Position numbers and translations under genes: made by a program. This document shows positions 55,465 to 64,000 of a DNA stretch of 64,000 nucleotides, one piece after another. A model generated the notes under the pieces. The model searched no databases and was not told the origin of the DNA. It saw nothing but the letters and a program-made list of their open reading frames with translations. Within the stretch, counting starts at the first letter, position 1, and each line of letters starts with the position of its first letter. The stretch covers positions 1 through 64,000 of the IMG/VR virus record IMGVR_UViG_3300022939_000016; one strand, 5' to 3'. The DNA comes from a virus.

Positions 55465-56323
55465 TCTGCTCTCCATTGGTTTTTATAGCCTGTTTTAGTA
55501 TCATGTTCAATCTTCTTTCGGGAATTCTAGTCTTAAAATTTTCATATATTTCCTTAATCATGGGGTGTTCTGGATCTTGTTTAAGCTCCATCCAGCCCAA
55601 GAAATAATTCCATATTCTATCTTCTAAGGACAGCTTATAAGGCACTCCATCAGGCCTTCCAAATCTATGCAACCATTTAAACTCAGGCAAGCATATTGCC
55701 TTGCCTCCATTTTGCCTAAATTTTTCATGTATGTAGCCCTCTTCTCCCCCGAAGCCTCTGAATTCCTCATTAAATCCTAGCCAGTTTTTTGTTTCGCATG
55801 AAAAAGTTCCAAGACCCATCATGGGAATTTCAAATGGTTTTCCCGACTTAACGCCTTCTTCGTTTTTGGCCCACTGTCCATACATGTCTCCACCCCAAGT
55901 TGGCTTAAAGTGGGTGGCAAAGCCCACATGGTTATCGTACATCATGGGTCCAGATACAATGTTTTTGCAATCTGTATTTTTCTCATAATAATTCATTAAG
56001 GCATCTATACTGCCGACAGGAAATAATACATGACAATCCATCGAGATGCAATATTTCCCTTTTGCGTTTTTAAAGATTTGATTTCTAGATGCTGTTGTTG
56101 TTTTTTCAGTATATGGTATATACCTTACCTTGTTCTTTAGCCAGCCCCCTACAACAGATTGCAGTTGTTTTCCATGCCTTCCTGATGGATTGTTATCAAT
56201 AATGATTATTTCTGTGGTTGGCTCTCTAGCAATTTTGTGATATAATAATAATGATTGTATACTAAAGTACACGCCGTGGTAATCATCGTATGTGGCCATC
56301 CCAATCGTTAGTTTTTTTTCCAT
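55448..56323 (-). CDS. Glycosyltransferase, GT2/GT-A family
   Basis: LTIGM.TY...EIIIIDN...SRNQIF..AKGKY.ISMDCH...GFNEEFRGFGGEE. Confidence 0.88.
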   Translation of the reverse strand: MEKKLTIGMATYDDYHGVYFSIQSLLLYHKIAREPTTEIIIIDNNPSGRHGKQLQSVVGGWLKNKVRYIPYTEKTTTASRNQIFKNAKGKYCISMDCHVLFPVGSIDALMNYYEKNTDCKNIVSGPMMYDNHVGFATHFKPTWGGDMYGQWAKNEEGVKSGKPFEIPMMGLGTFSCETKNWLGFNEEFRGFGGEEGYIHEKFRQNGGKAICLPEFKWLHRFGRPDGVPYKLSLEDRIWNYFLGWMELKQDPEHPMIKEIYENFKTRIPERRLNMILKQAIKTNGEQNANSK

Positions 56324-56337
56324 GTTTTCCTCTTTTC

Positions 56338-57363
56338 TTAGCCGGGAGCTTCGTAAAAACCTATGTCAAAACCCTCTCTAGTGCAATTAGCAATGGTTTT
56401 TTCCATTCCGTGTTTTTGCAGATGGTTCTCTATATACATACACATATTTTGATCTGAGTCTTTCCAATTGTTTTTGCAAAAATGGCACAATTTAGTGCAT
56501 TTCCAGTGACTTCTATCGCTAGAAATGGGTCTGGGTGTATCATTTTTCTGTATTTCTTCAAATCTATCTTTCAGCATATTCAAGAATTTTTTCTGATCAG
56601 ATTGGTCAAAACACATAGAAAATGGACCGCCATCTTTAATGAAGAAAATGCTCATAATAGCTTGTTTATATTCTGGGAATAGTTTAGAGATGGCATAATT
56701 ATAAAGCAGCAGTTGCGGATCCGAGCATAGTTTTTCATATGTTTTTTCTTCTCCCGTCGCCCAGTCTAGTCGCCTTCCCGTTTTCCAGTCTATTACCTCT
56801 ATTGTTTCGTCGTCTACTTTGGTAACTAAATCTATAGTACCCTTAATTGCCAGTTGGCCTTTTACCGTTTTTCCGTCTGGCATTTTATATTCAAACTTGG
56901 CCCAGTCTTCTTCGATTGGTATATCAAAATGAGGTTCTGGTTCAAGAACGTCTCGTTGTCTGGGATCAAATTGTCCAGCGTTGTACTTTAATGTCTTCCA
57001 TATTAAGTTATGGCACATGTGTTTATCGGACATGTCCCAAGAGTGTACCGATGAGCCAGTGTAAAACTTAAAACTTGCATCTAAAAGCTCGTCGATTAGC
57101 TCTTCTGACATTAACTCAGAGCGCCTACACTTAATCTCTTTCAGTGCATCGTCTTTTATCTTTAAATATTTTACTCTTGCGCTTGCGTCTTGGTCGGCCT
57201 TTTTAAGGCCAGCTAGACACTCCATGACTTTGTGGACAATCGTGCCAAGTTCGGCCTTTTTACCACTTACAGACTGATGCCCAAGAACATATGTTATAAA
57301 GTACTGCATTTGACAGTAGGCATAGTTATTGTAACTCGATGATCTTACGTATGTAATTAGCAT
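56338..57363 (-). CDS. Cas4/RecB-like PD-(D/E)xK exonuclease with Cys cluster
   Basis: SSSY...C...GTIVH.V.E...KGTIDLV...VIDWKTG...QLLLY...C.KLC.FC. Confidence 0.88.
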   Translation of the reverse strand: MLITYVRSSSYNNYAYCQMQYFITYVLGHQSVSGKKAELGTIVHKVMECLAGLKKADQDASARVKYLKIKDDALKEIKCRRSELMSEELIDELLDASFKFYTGSSVHSWDMSDKHMCHNLIWKTLKYNAGQFDPRQRDVLEPEPHFDIPIEEDWAKFEYKMPDGKTVKGQLAIKGTIDLVTKVDDETIEVIDWKTGRRLDWATGEEKTYEKLCSDPQLLLYNYAISKLFPEYKQAIMSIFFIKDGGPFSMCFDQSDQKKFLNMLKDRFEEIQKNDTPRPISSDRSHWKCTKLCHFCKNNWKDSDQNMCMYIENHLQKHGMEKTIANCTREGFDIGFYEAPG

Positions 57364-58067
57364 TAATTTCTCCAAATATGATTCATGAGCAATGTCTGTT
57401 CTTGTAGTTCTGATATATTGTATCCCTGATTATCAATAACGTAGTCAAATATATCCCAGTCAAAAACGTCTTTATTCAACGCTGACTCACATGCATGAGT
57501 ACTCTGCTTTGTGTCTCTGGTAAGCCTGATGACAAAACCTCCAGCGTCCTTGATTGCGTGAACTTCGTTTGGAAATCTTACATCTGGTATTACAGCGATT
57601 ACAGACTGCTCTTCTTCAATAGTTTTCATAGTTCTGTCTAGCCATACAGTGTCTTTAATTTCTCTCATAATGTTTGTGCCAAAGTGCTGCAAAAACTCTC
57701 TTGCTGTCATTCCATATTTTGTATAGGTATTTTTATCTTCGTCGGTTCCGTAAGCCTGCTTAGGCTCAAAATCAAAAAGGTCTACACAAATCATTTTCAG
57801 GTAATCTGCAAAGTGATGTATCTTGATGTATGGCCAAATGTTATATTCAGCATAAGAAACAAAATCATCATCTCGCCTGAGCAAATCTAATATCCCCCAG
57901 CCACTAACATTGTTTTTATTAGTAGTTAAGATATTTAATTGGCCATTGTCGTCTATTCTGTAGTCTTGAACCATGCCCAAGCTCTTTAAGACATCTCCGT
58001 TAATAATGTTTGCAACAGTATTTTTCCCGGATTGCTTTCGTCCAGATATTCCTATAATTTTGGTCAT
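57363..58067 (-). CDS. Deoxynucleoside monophosphate kinase (T4 gp1-like)
   Basis: IIGISGRKQSGKNT...FADYLK...TAREFLQHFGT...IPDVRFPNE...H.CE. Confidence 0.88.
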   Translation of the reverse strand: MTKIIGISGRKQSGKNTVANIINGDVLKSLGMVQDYRIDDNGQLNILTTNKNNVSGWGILDLLRRDDDFVSYAEYNIWPYIKIHHFADYLKMICVDLFDFEPKQAYGTDEDKNTYTKYGMTAREFLQHFGTNIMREIKDTVWLDRTMKTIEEEQSVIAVIPDVRFPNEVHAIKDAGGFVIRLTRDTKQSTHACESALNKDVFDWDIFDYVIDNQGYNISELQEQTLLMNHIWRN

Positions 58068-59098
58068 CTTTTAATTCCTTTATTGATTTCTAATATTTGC
58101 TCTTTAATTTCTTTAGGGTTCATTTCTCCAACGTCTTTTCTTGTTAATTGAGGAAATGTTAATGTGTACATTCTTCCCAGCTGCCTTTGTATTTGTATTC
58201 TTGCTTCTTTCCCAGCTTGATCGTTGTCCATTAAAACGACAATATTTGTAACAGCTAATTTTCTGAGCTTTTTTTCCTGTTGATCAGACAGGGTTTTGCC
58301 AAATATACTCACCGCGTTTTTAGCACCCGCTTCATACATTTTCCAAACGTCTCCTTGCCCCTCTAATAAGTAGATGCTGGACAGTGCATTTGCTTCTTTT
58401 TTTGCTCTATGATAATTATATAGATACTGCCTTTTCTCAAAACCTTTTGGATATAATAAAAATTTAGGAACCTTATATTCTTTGGTAGATCTTCCTATGT
58501 ATCCGACTATTTTACTGCCATCGTCATTGTGAATTGGTATTACGGCTCTGTCTTTCATTATACTTTCTTTATCACAATCTCCCACTCCAAAATATCTTAG
58601 AGTTGATTTTTTAAAAGCTCTGTTATAAAAATAATTTGATGGCAGCTGTACTTCGAATTCGTAATCTAGCGCTTTATCTTCTAGCTTATCGTCTTGCTTT
58701 TGGAGTATCTCTAGCAGTTCATAAATAGACGGTTCTACTTCTTCATCTTGCTCTTGGCTCGTCGTGTTAAAACTGTATAGGCGACCGATGTTAAAATTAG
58801 AAGAAACCCAAGACATTACTTCTTTAAATGAAACCTCTTTGCCAGCTTGTAAAGATAACGCCCCTTGTATTAAACCAAACACATCGTTTTTATATTCGTG
58901 TTGACAATCTCTAGTCCAGCACTTCCATATACCCTTATCAACAGAAAAAGAGAATGCCCTTGGGTTATCACTGTTTTCATGAACCGGGCAGGTTGAGTAT
59001 ATATTATCAGAGAAAAGCTCATACTTTATTTCTAATTTAGTAAGAACTTGTTCTATCTCTTTGTTTAGCTTATTCTTTATTTTCTTCAGGTTCATCAT
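58064..59098 (-). CDS. dnaG: DNA primase (CHC2 zinc finger + TOPRIM)
   Basis: CPVH...WKCWT..C; LLEGQGD...MDNDQAG. Confidence 0.9.
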   Translation of the reverse strand: MMNLKKIKNKLNKEIEQVLTKLEIKYELFSDNIYSTCPVHENSDNPRAFSFSVDKGIWKCWTRDCQHEYKNDVFGLIQGALSLQAGKEVSFKEVMSWVSSNFNIGRLYSFNTTSQEQDEEVEPSIYELLEILQKQDDKLEDKALDYEFEVQLPSNYFYNRAFKKSTLRYFGVGDCDKESIMKDRAVIPIHNDDGSKIVGYIGRSTKEYKVPKFLLYPKGFEKRQYLYNYHRAKKEANALSSIYLLEGQGDVWKMYEAGAKNAVSIFGKTLSDQQEKKLRKLAVTNIVVLMDNDQAGKEARIQIQRQLGRMYTLTFPQLTRKDVGEMNPKEIKEQILEINKGIKR

Positions 59099-60542
59099 TT
59101 AAGTCAATATTTCCTATCTTGTCTGCATCTATTAGGCCAGTATCTCCTATTGGCTGATTTTTAAACTCGTTGCGAGTTTTTAATTCTATCAGTTTTGCGT
59201 GAGATCCAACCATTTGCATATTTATATAGTCCCCATCGTCTAGGCCAGCGCCGTGTCTAGAGACAATGGGTACTAGCTTTCTATTGCCAGCATTTGGACC
59301 ATCTTCCGCAAGTTCTTCTGGCGATTTTGCTTTAAAAATACTAAAAGAAGTACATAGCCAAATTAAACGATCTGATCCACTAACGGCATCGGTACTCTCT
59401 TTGGTAATGCCGTCACGATTCAATTGCACGAAGGATAGACAAGGTATGTCTAGCTTAACGCATAAATTATGTAGAGAGGTAATCTGGAATCCTAATGCTT
59501 GATATTCCTGAATATTGTTTGTAATAGACGAGGATGACATCAATTTTAGATAATCATATATGATGAGGCATTCGTTTGTTTTTCCGCTCTCGTCCGTTTT
59601 AACTTCCTGCACTATCCAGCGCTTAATTAAATTCAAAATGCCTTCAAACGGCTTGCCAGCAACACTAATATAACTATAAGGAACGCTGTTAAGCTTTGCT
59701 ACGCTTTCGTTTACTTTAGACAGTTTCTCTTCGTCGTCAACAAATTTACCAGTTGCTATCTCATTAATTGTTACGCCGCTAATATTTGCTAAAAGTCGAT
59801 TCAAGTGATCCTCTTTGGACATTTCTGTATCTAGTACCAGAACGGGAATACCTAATGAAGACACATTAAGGGCAACATTATCAGCGAACACTGATTTACC
59901 AACTTTGGGTCTTGCAGATACAAGGTCAACGCATTTTCGTCTAAGACCACCCCCAATGGCTTCGTCATATCTAGAGAATCCCGTGGGTATACCAATGATA
60001 TCGCATTTATTTTCTGATAAAAATTGTACATAATCTTCTACGCCTTCACCTATTTTTTCTGGATTTTCGCTACCGCTATCTTCTCTCAAGAAATCGGTTA
60101 CTGGATTTTCAAGTACTCCAATAATTTCATCTATTGTTTCAGAGCCATCAATTTTATCTATGTCTTTATGTACTTTTAATGATAGCTTTTTTATTTTCCT
60201 TGCAAACTCAAATTTCTTTAATTGTGCAGCAAACTTAATTATGTTATCCTGATTAACAGGGAAGTCAAAAAGCGATTTGATGTATTTAATTTCTTGTTTT
60301 GTGCTAATTGTTTCAATTAAATTAAGCTTTTCTGCGGAAGCTAATAACGAAGCTATATCTACAGATTTTTCTTCTAGTATAATATCTTCCAAGCACTTGT
60401 ATATAGCTTGATTGTTTGTATTAACAAAGCTATCTGAGGTAACGAGATCGGATATGCGAACATATACGTCTACTCCGTATTGCATTAATCCTGCCAATAC
60501 AGCCCTTTCCGAACCAACATCTAATAATTTATTTGAGTTCAC
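59070..60542 (-). CDS. dnaB: Replicative DNA helicase
   Basis: SERAVL N-terminus; GIPTGF..YD..IGGGLR; ARPKVGKS; DTEMS; YDYLKL; QLNR. Confidence 0.93.
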   Translation of the reverse strand: MNSNKLLDVGSERAVLAGLMQYGVDVYVRISDLVTSDSFVNTNNQAIYKCLEDIILEEKSVDIASLLASAEKLNLIETISTKQEIKYIKSLFDFPVNQDNIIKFAAQLKKFEFARKIKKLSLKVHKDIDKIDGSETIDEIIGVLENPVTDFLREDSGSENPEKIGEGVEDYVQFLSENKCDIIGIPTGFSRYDEAIGGGLRRKCVDLVSARPKVGKSVFADNVALNVSSLGIPVLVLDTEMSKEDHLNRLLANISGVTINEIATGKFVDDEEKLSKVNESVAKLNSVPYSYISVAGKPFEGILNLIKRWIVQEVKTDESGKTNECLIIYDYLKLMSSSSITNNIQEYQALGFQITSLHNLCVKLDIPCLSFVQLNRDGITKESTDAVSGSDRLIWLCTSFSIFKAKSPEELAEDGPNAGNRKLVPIVSRHGAGLDDGDYINMQMVGSHAKLIELKTRNEFKNQPIGDTGLIDADKIGNIDLNDEPEENKE

Positions 60543-60549
60543 TTAGCTG

Positions 60550-60951
60550 TTATCCTATGCACTTGTCGCATCTGTAAAACTCGCCATAAACAAGCCCTGC
60601 ATTTATCTTGCTTTTTTGCCCACACTTGTGGCATGTAACAGTTGTTTTTTTAGGCTTAGATCTATTGCGAGGAGTAATACTAGCATCTGGAGTTTCGATG
60701 TGCCTGTCTTCTCCAGTGTCCTTCCAAGTATTTTTATTGGCTCTCACTGCTTCTTTGCGTTTCTTAGAAATATTATTTTGCTTTATTACCTTAAAATCGC
60801 TGTTGACTTTTATTTCTTCTTGATCGTCTTGCATCATTTCCTTTAAGTGTGGAGGCATAGTTGTCCAAGATGTTGAATTTTCTGTTAGTATATCAAGCAG
60901 CTCTGCTCTTTCTTCTATCGTTAAGCCATCTACGAAATTCCGTAAGTTCAT
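60550..60951 (-). CDS. Hypothetical protein with C-terminal zinc ribbon
   Basis: CHKC...CDKC. Confidence 0.65.
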   Translation of the reverse strand: MNLRNFVDGLTIEERAELLDILTENSTSWTTMPPHLKEMMQDDQEEIKVNSDFKVIKQNNISKKRKEAVRANKNTWKDTGEDRHIETPDASITPRNRSKPKKTTVTCHKCGQKSKINAGLVYGEFYRCDKCIG

Positions 60952-61409
60952 AACCTTTTCCCCTTTTCCATTAGTATATCACCTTTTCGTTTTAATTCGT
61001 ACACTTTGCCATCTAGCTCTTGTATCCTCGCTTCTGCGACTTGTTTGTAATTATCAATAGATGCGGCATATTCATTGTCAACAACTATCATTTGCATTCT
61101 TATTTCGTGCTTAGTATATGGGTTAAACTTGTCGTTGTATTTAGCTACCATTTTTTGTAATTGGTCATTGCATAAATTAAATACAACTTTTTGTCTATTG
61201 ATTTGATCCTGAATATATGAGGCATAACCATATAGAGCATAGGCATAATCAAAAAGCTCTTCTTGATTAAGCTTTTTAACTTGCTCCATCTCCATGTCGG
61301 CAGCTAATAGAAATTCTTCACGAAATGTGGCAAACTTTGTGTTTGTTTCATTTGTAAATTGATCTAGCTTTTCAAGGAAATTTTCAACGGTTTCTTTAGC
61401 TGTTTTCAA
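60948..61409 (-). CDS. Helical protein, possible UvsY-like recombination mediator
   Basis: 153 aa, predicted all-helical with a coiled-coil end; located close to recA. No direct sequence recognition. Confidence 0.4.
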   Translation of the reverse strand: MKTAKETVENFLEKLDQFTNETNTKFATFREEFLLAADMEMEQVKKLNQEELFDYAYALYGYASYIQDQINRQKVVFNLCNDQLQKMVAKYNDKFNPYTKHEIRMQMIVVDNEYAASIDNYKQVAEARIQELDGKVYELKRKGDILMEKGKRL

Positions 61410-61818
61410 TTTGTTCTCTCCATTGCTCGTCTGTGTCCGAATGCTTCAACTCAATCAAGTCAATTTTGTTCAACTTGCACCACTCTATTTTATCTTCATC
61501 CTTGGCTTTTGCCAACACAAAATCTGCTTTCGTCTTATGGAAAAATGGCGTGAATTCATAATGTTGTTGACCGTGAACTTCTATAGCAAGCATTATTTGT
61601 GGCACATAAAAATCTAAATATAAAACTCCCTTTCTGTGTCTTGGTGTACTTCCCGGTAGCTTAACTTCTTCAAGTATTCTATAACTATGGAAGATAGTCT
61701 TCAAGAGTTTTCTTGCGCGAACGTGGTACTTTGACCGCCTTCTTGTGTCGTTCGCGTCCACGGAATAATTTCTTAAATCCCAAGCGTACTCTCTGCCATT
61801 TAAACCCTTAACTTTCAT
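61396..61818 (-). CDS. DUF559/Vsr-like endonuclease
   Basis: LEEV...LDFYVP...AIEVHGQQHY...D.DK..WC. Confidence 0.8.
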   Translation of the reverse strand: MKVKGLNGREYAWDLRNYSVDANDTRRRSKYHVRARKLLKTIFHSYRILEEVKLPGSTPRHRKGVLYLDFYVPQIMLAIEVHGQQHYEFTPFFHKTKADFVLAKAKDEDKIEWCKLNKIDLIELKHSDTDEQWREQIENS

Positions 61819-61900
61819 TTTCTGGCCTGTACAAATAAATAAATAGAATTACCCAAACAGTCAATAGCCCAATAATCTTAGGCCACATGTCATTACTCAT
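61808..61900 (-). CDS. 30-aa single-pass membrane peptide (absent from the ORF track)
   Basis: MSNDMWPKIIGLLTVWVILFIYLYRPENES*; overlaps both neighbours and fills the gap. Confidence 0.55.
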   Translation of the reverse strand: MSNDMWPKIIGLLTVWVILFIYLYRPENES

Positions 61901-62039
61901 TGACCACCTTCTTTAATTTCTTTTCTGCGTTACGAATAGTCCTCTTTGCATACTCAGTTAATTCGTAGTCTTTCTTATATACCCGAATAGCGTCTAGTAT
62001 TCTCCAAGCTTCCGTTTTTGTTAGTTCTACTTGAGCCAT
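61893..62039 (-). CDS. 48-aa hypothetical protein (absent from the ORF track)
   Basis: MAQVELTKTEAWRILDAIRVYKKDYELTEYAKRTIRNAEKKLKKVVNE*; TAATG coupling to the recA stop. Confidence 0.65.
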   Translation of the reverse strand: MAQVELTKTEAWRILDAIRVYKKDYELTEYAKRTIRNAEKKLKKVVNE

Positions 62040-63148
62040 TAAAATAATTCCTTAATCTTGTCGTAAATGAATGATGATATATCAGGATTTTCATTTAAAA
62101 ACTCAAGAGTATTATTAGCACCCTGAAATTTAAAAAATCTCTCGATATCTTCTTCTTTATCTCCAACGTTGTTATCCTTAAGAAGTTTTTGAATAGTTGG
62201 GTGTTGAACGTCATCCAATGCGCACTGAATTGTATACCAAGCTCCAGCAGTCTTAATTAGTCTAAACTCGCAGGCAATCTGTACAACTTCCTGTGTTTCG
62301 TCAATACCAATTCCATAACGTATCCAACTTTCGGCTGTGCTGTTTGGAAGACCGCCAGCGCAAGATGTTTTTATTGCCCAGTTGGCAATTTGCCCAACGT
62401 GCGGGCCGCTATCTTTTGGCACTTGCCATCTTCCACGGTGCGTAATAACCATGTTAGTTCCAGCTTGATATTGTAGCATGTTTCCGCAATCAGCCATTTT
62501 GGATGGAGAATATGGTGATCCACCGGTATTGGCAATGTTGTGCGTAATACATGTCAGTATGGTTTTATTCTTCATAAGCGTACCGCTGATTCGCTTGAAG
62601 AACATAGACAGCAAACGTGGCAACGCATTGCGAACTCCTGTTCTTATTTCTCCATCAAGTTCATCTTGGGGAACCATGTTGGATAATGAGTCAGCAATTA
62701 TTAAGCATCCGGGATCGTTATTGATATAGTATTCAATAATGTTTAGAAAATCTTGTGCTGATAATATTTTATCATCTGTTGATTCTATAATTAATATCTT
62801 GTCTGCTTTTAAGCCTTTGATGCCGTCGAAATTCTGTCGTGATAATCTACCCTCCGTGTTAACATAAATCACACGCTTGCCAAGAGCTTGGCATTTTGAA
62901 GCAAAATGAAGGGCGGTTGTGGTTTTACCGGATTTAGGATCTCCAGTCATTACCACAACACTACCCTCCCGTAAACCGCCACCCAAGGCAATGTCTAGGG
63001 CAGGTGACACTCCAATAACTTGAAGACTATTTATAGATTCAAGGACTTCTGTGCCACTCCTAACAACATCTCCATACTTACTAACGATTGAATTGCTAAC
63101 AACGTCGCTATCAAACTTGCTTGATGATTTTTTCTTTAGCTTACTCAT
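62039..63148 (-). CDS. recA: RecA/UvsX-like recombinase
   Basis: SPALDIALGGG; GDPKSGKTT; YVNTEG; IADSL; IKTAGAWY. Confidence 0.92.
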   Translation of the reverse strand: MSKLKKKSSSKFDSDVVSNSIVSKYGDVVRSGTEVLESINSLQVIGVSPALDIALGGGLREGSVVVMTGDPKSGKTTTALHFASKCQALGKRVIYVNTEGRLSRQNFDGIKGLKADKILIIESTDDKILSAQDFLNIIEYYINNDPGCLIIADSLSNMVPQDELDGEIRTGVRNALPRLLSMFFKRISGTLMKNKTILTCITHNIANTGGSPYSPSKMADCGNMLQYQAGTNMVITHRGRWQVPKDSGPHVGQIANWAIKTSCAGGLPNSTAESWIRYGIGIDETQEVVQIACEFRLIKTAGAWYTIQCALDDVQHPTIQKLLKDNNVGDKEEDIERFFKFQGANNTLEFLNENPDISSFIYDKIKELF

Positions 63149-63669
63149 ATGTTCCTCAATTTATTTATGATGCTTTGGTTTTTACTTGCTGTAACTTTTC
63201 TTCTTTGTTTAAATTCCTTTTTTTCTTCTACAATTTCTACCTCTTTGGTTTTCTCTCTAAGCTTAATAGACTCTTCTTCCTCCTTATTGTACTTTCTAAT
63301 GGCTTCTAATGCAACCTGATTATACTTCCACCCCCTTGGTCCATATGCCTTTAATCCTATGTGGTATATGTTTGCAAAATAATCAGATTTTATCGCTTGC
63401 AAAATGATTCTTTCTGCAAACTTTTTCTTTAGGGAGTGCGCGGCTTTCATGTTTCGCATAAAAACCTCGTGATATTTATCACCCACGGTCCAAAACTTAT
63501 AAGACGGCTTGTCCATCTTAAAAGCATCCGTCCACCTTATAACCAACAATTCTGCAACATAAGCTTCAAACGTGCAGTGTTCGCCAGTATGTATATGTGT
63601 GTATTTATGCTTTTCAGACCAGCGCTTTTGATATTCTTTATTAAATAGCTTTGGTTTGTTTTTTTTCAT
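63145..63669 (-). CDS. Hypothetical basic protein
   Basis: 174 aa, overlaps the recA start. Confidence 0.65.
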   Translation of the reverse strand: MKKNKPKLFNKEYQKRWSEKHKYTHIHTGEHCTFEAYVAELLVIRWTDAFKMDKPSYKFWTVGDKYHEVFMRNMKAAHSLKKKFAERIILQAIKSDYFANIYHIGLKAYGPRGWKYNQVALEAIRKYNKEEEESIKLREKTKEVEIVEEKKEFKQRRKVTASKNQSIINKLRNI

Positions 63670-64000
63670 TATTAATTATAGCTTTTTCAAACGACTCAGC
63701 TATTGTGTCAACTGAGTTAAACGCAAGTGTTAGTTCAGGCACAATCCATGTAGATTTTTCAATTTTATCATCAATTACTTTACCAACGGTATAACAATGC
63801 TTTGGTTTTAATCCAAAGTCTGCTTTGATTGATCTAACTAAATATATACCACTCCAATCAGAAGTATTTTCAGTAACCCTATTGGTTCTGTATTGCAAGC
63901 CAACCTCTTTTATTGTTAAAGTGTTTTTCTTGCAATACTCATCAACGGTTAGCCAGTCTTCGTATTCGTCTAAGAATACCGTTGAGTCATTAGAAAATTT
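63641..64000 (-). CDS. Hypothetical protein (5' truncated)
   Basis: Frame stays open to the window edge (...FSNDSTVFLDEYEDWLTVDEYCKKN...LQYRTN...). Confidence 0.65.
   Translation of the reverse strand, partial: KFSNDSTVFLDEYEDWLTVDEYCKKNTLTIKEVGLQYRTNRVTENTSDWSGIYLVRSIKADFGLKPKHCYTVGKVIDDKIEKSTWIVPELTLAFNSVDTIAESFEKAIINNEKKQTKAI

Noticed and set aside
1-64000. Alternative genetic code, tRNA/rRNA genes, integrase or IS elements
   Set aside because: Genes tile tightly in code 11, with TAA, TAG and TGA all used as stops. No cloverleaf, rRNA, integrase or transposase was recognised by eye; a tRNAscan/Infernal run would confirm.

Overview
A 64-kb internal fragment of a large, AT-rich dsDNA tailed phage (Caudoviricetes) using the standard genetic code; the host cannot be identified from this window. 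It has two convergent arms that meet at a bidirectional terminator near 40.2 kb. The + arm (1-40152) is a tail morphogenesis operon: a 5'-truncated mosaic Ig/beta-propeller adhesin with two high-GC modules, neck and terminator proteins, a tail tube with no adjacent sheath, chaperones, a 2762-aa tape measure protein (TMP), and several very large tail-tip proteins. One of these has an integrin-alpha-like FG-GAP propeller. The - arm (40237-64000) encodes RecA, DnaB, primase, dNMP kinase, a Cas4-like nuclease, SSB, a probable annealing protein, an intein-less split DnaE with DnaQ and a nuclease-like ORF between its halves, and a glycosyltransferase cluster. The best candidate for an undescribed system is the TMP. 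About 965 aa of its middle is a string of four globular domains (P-loop kinase, possible His-Me nuclease, GNAT acetyltransferase, PD-(D/E)xK nuclease), each delimited by a K-F-A-x-G-G linker and bracketed by lambda gpH-type modules. This suggests a cleavable effector polyprotein injected with the genome. All assignments come from reading motifs by eye; no database searches were run.
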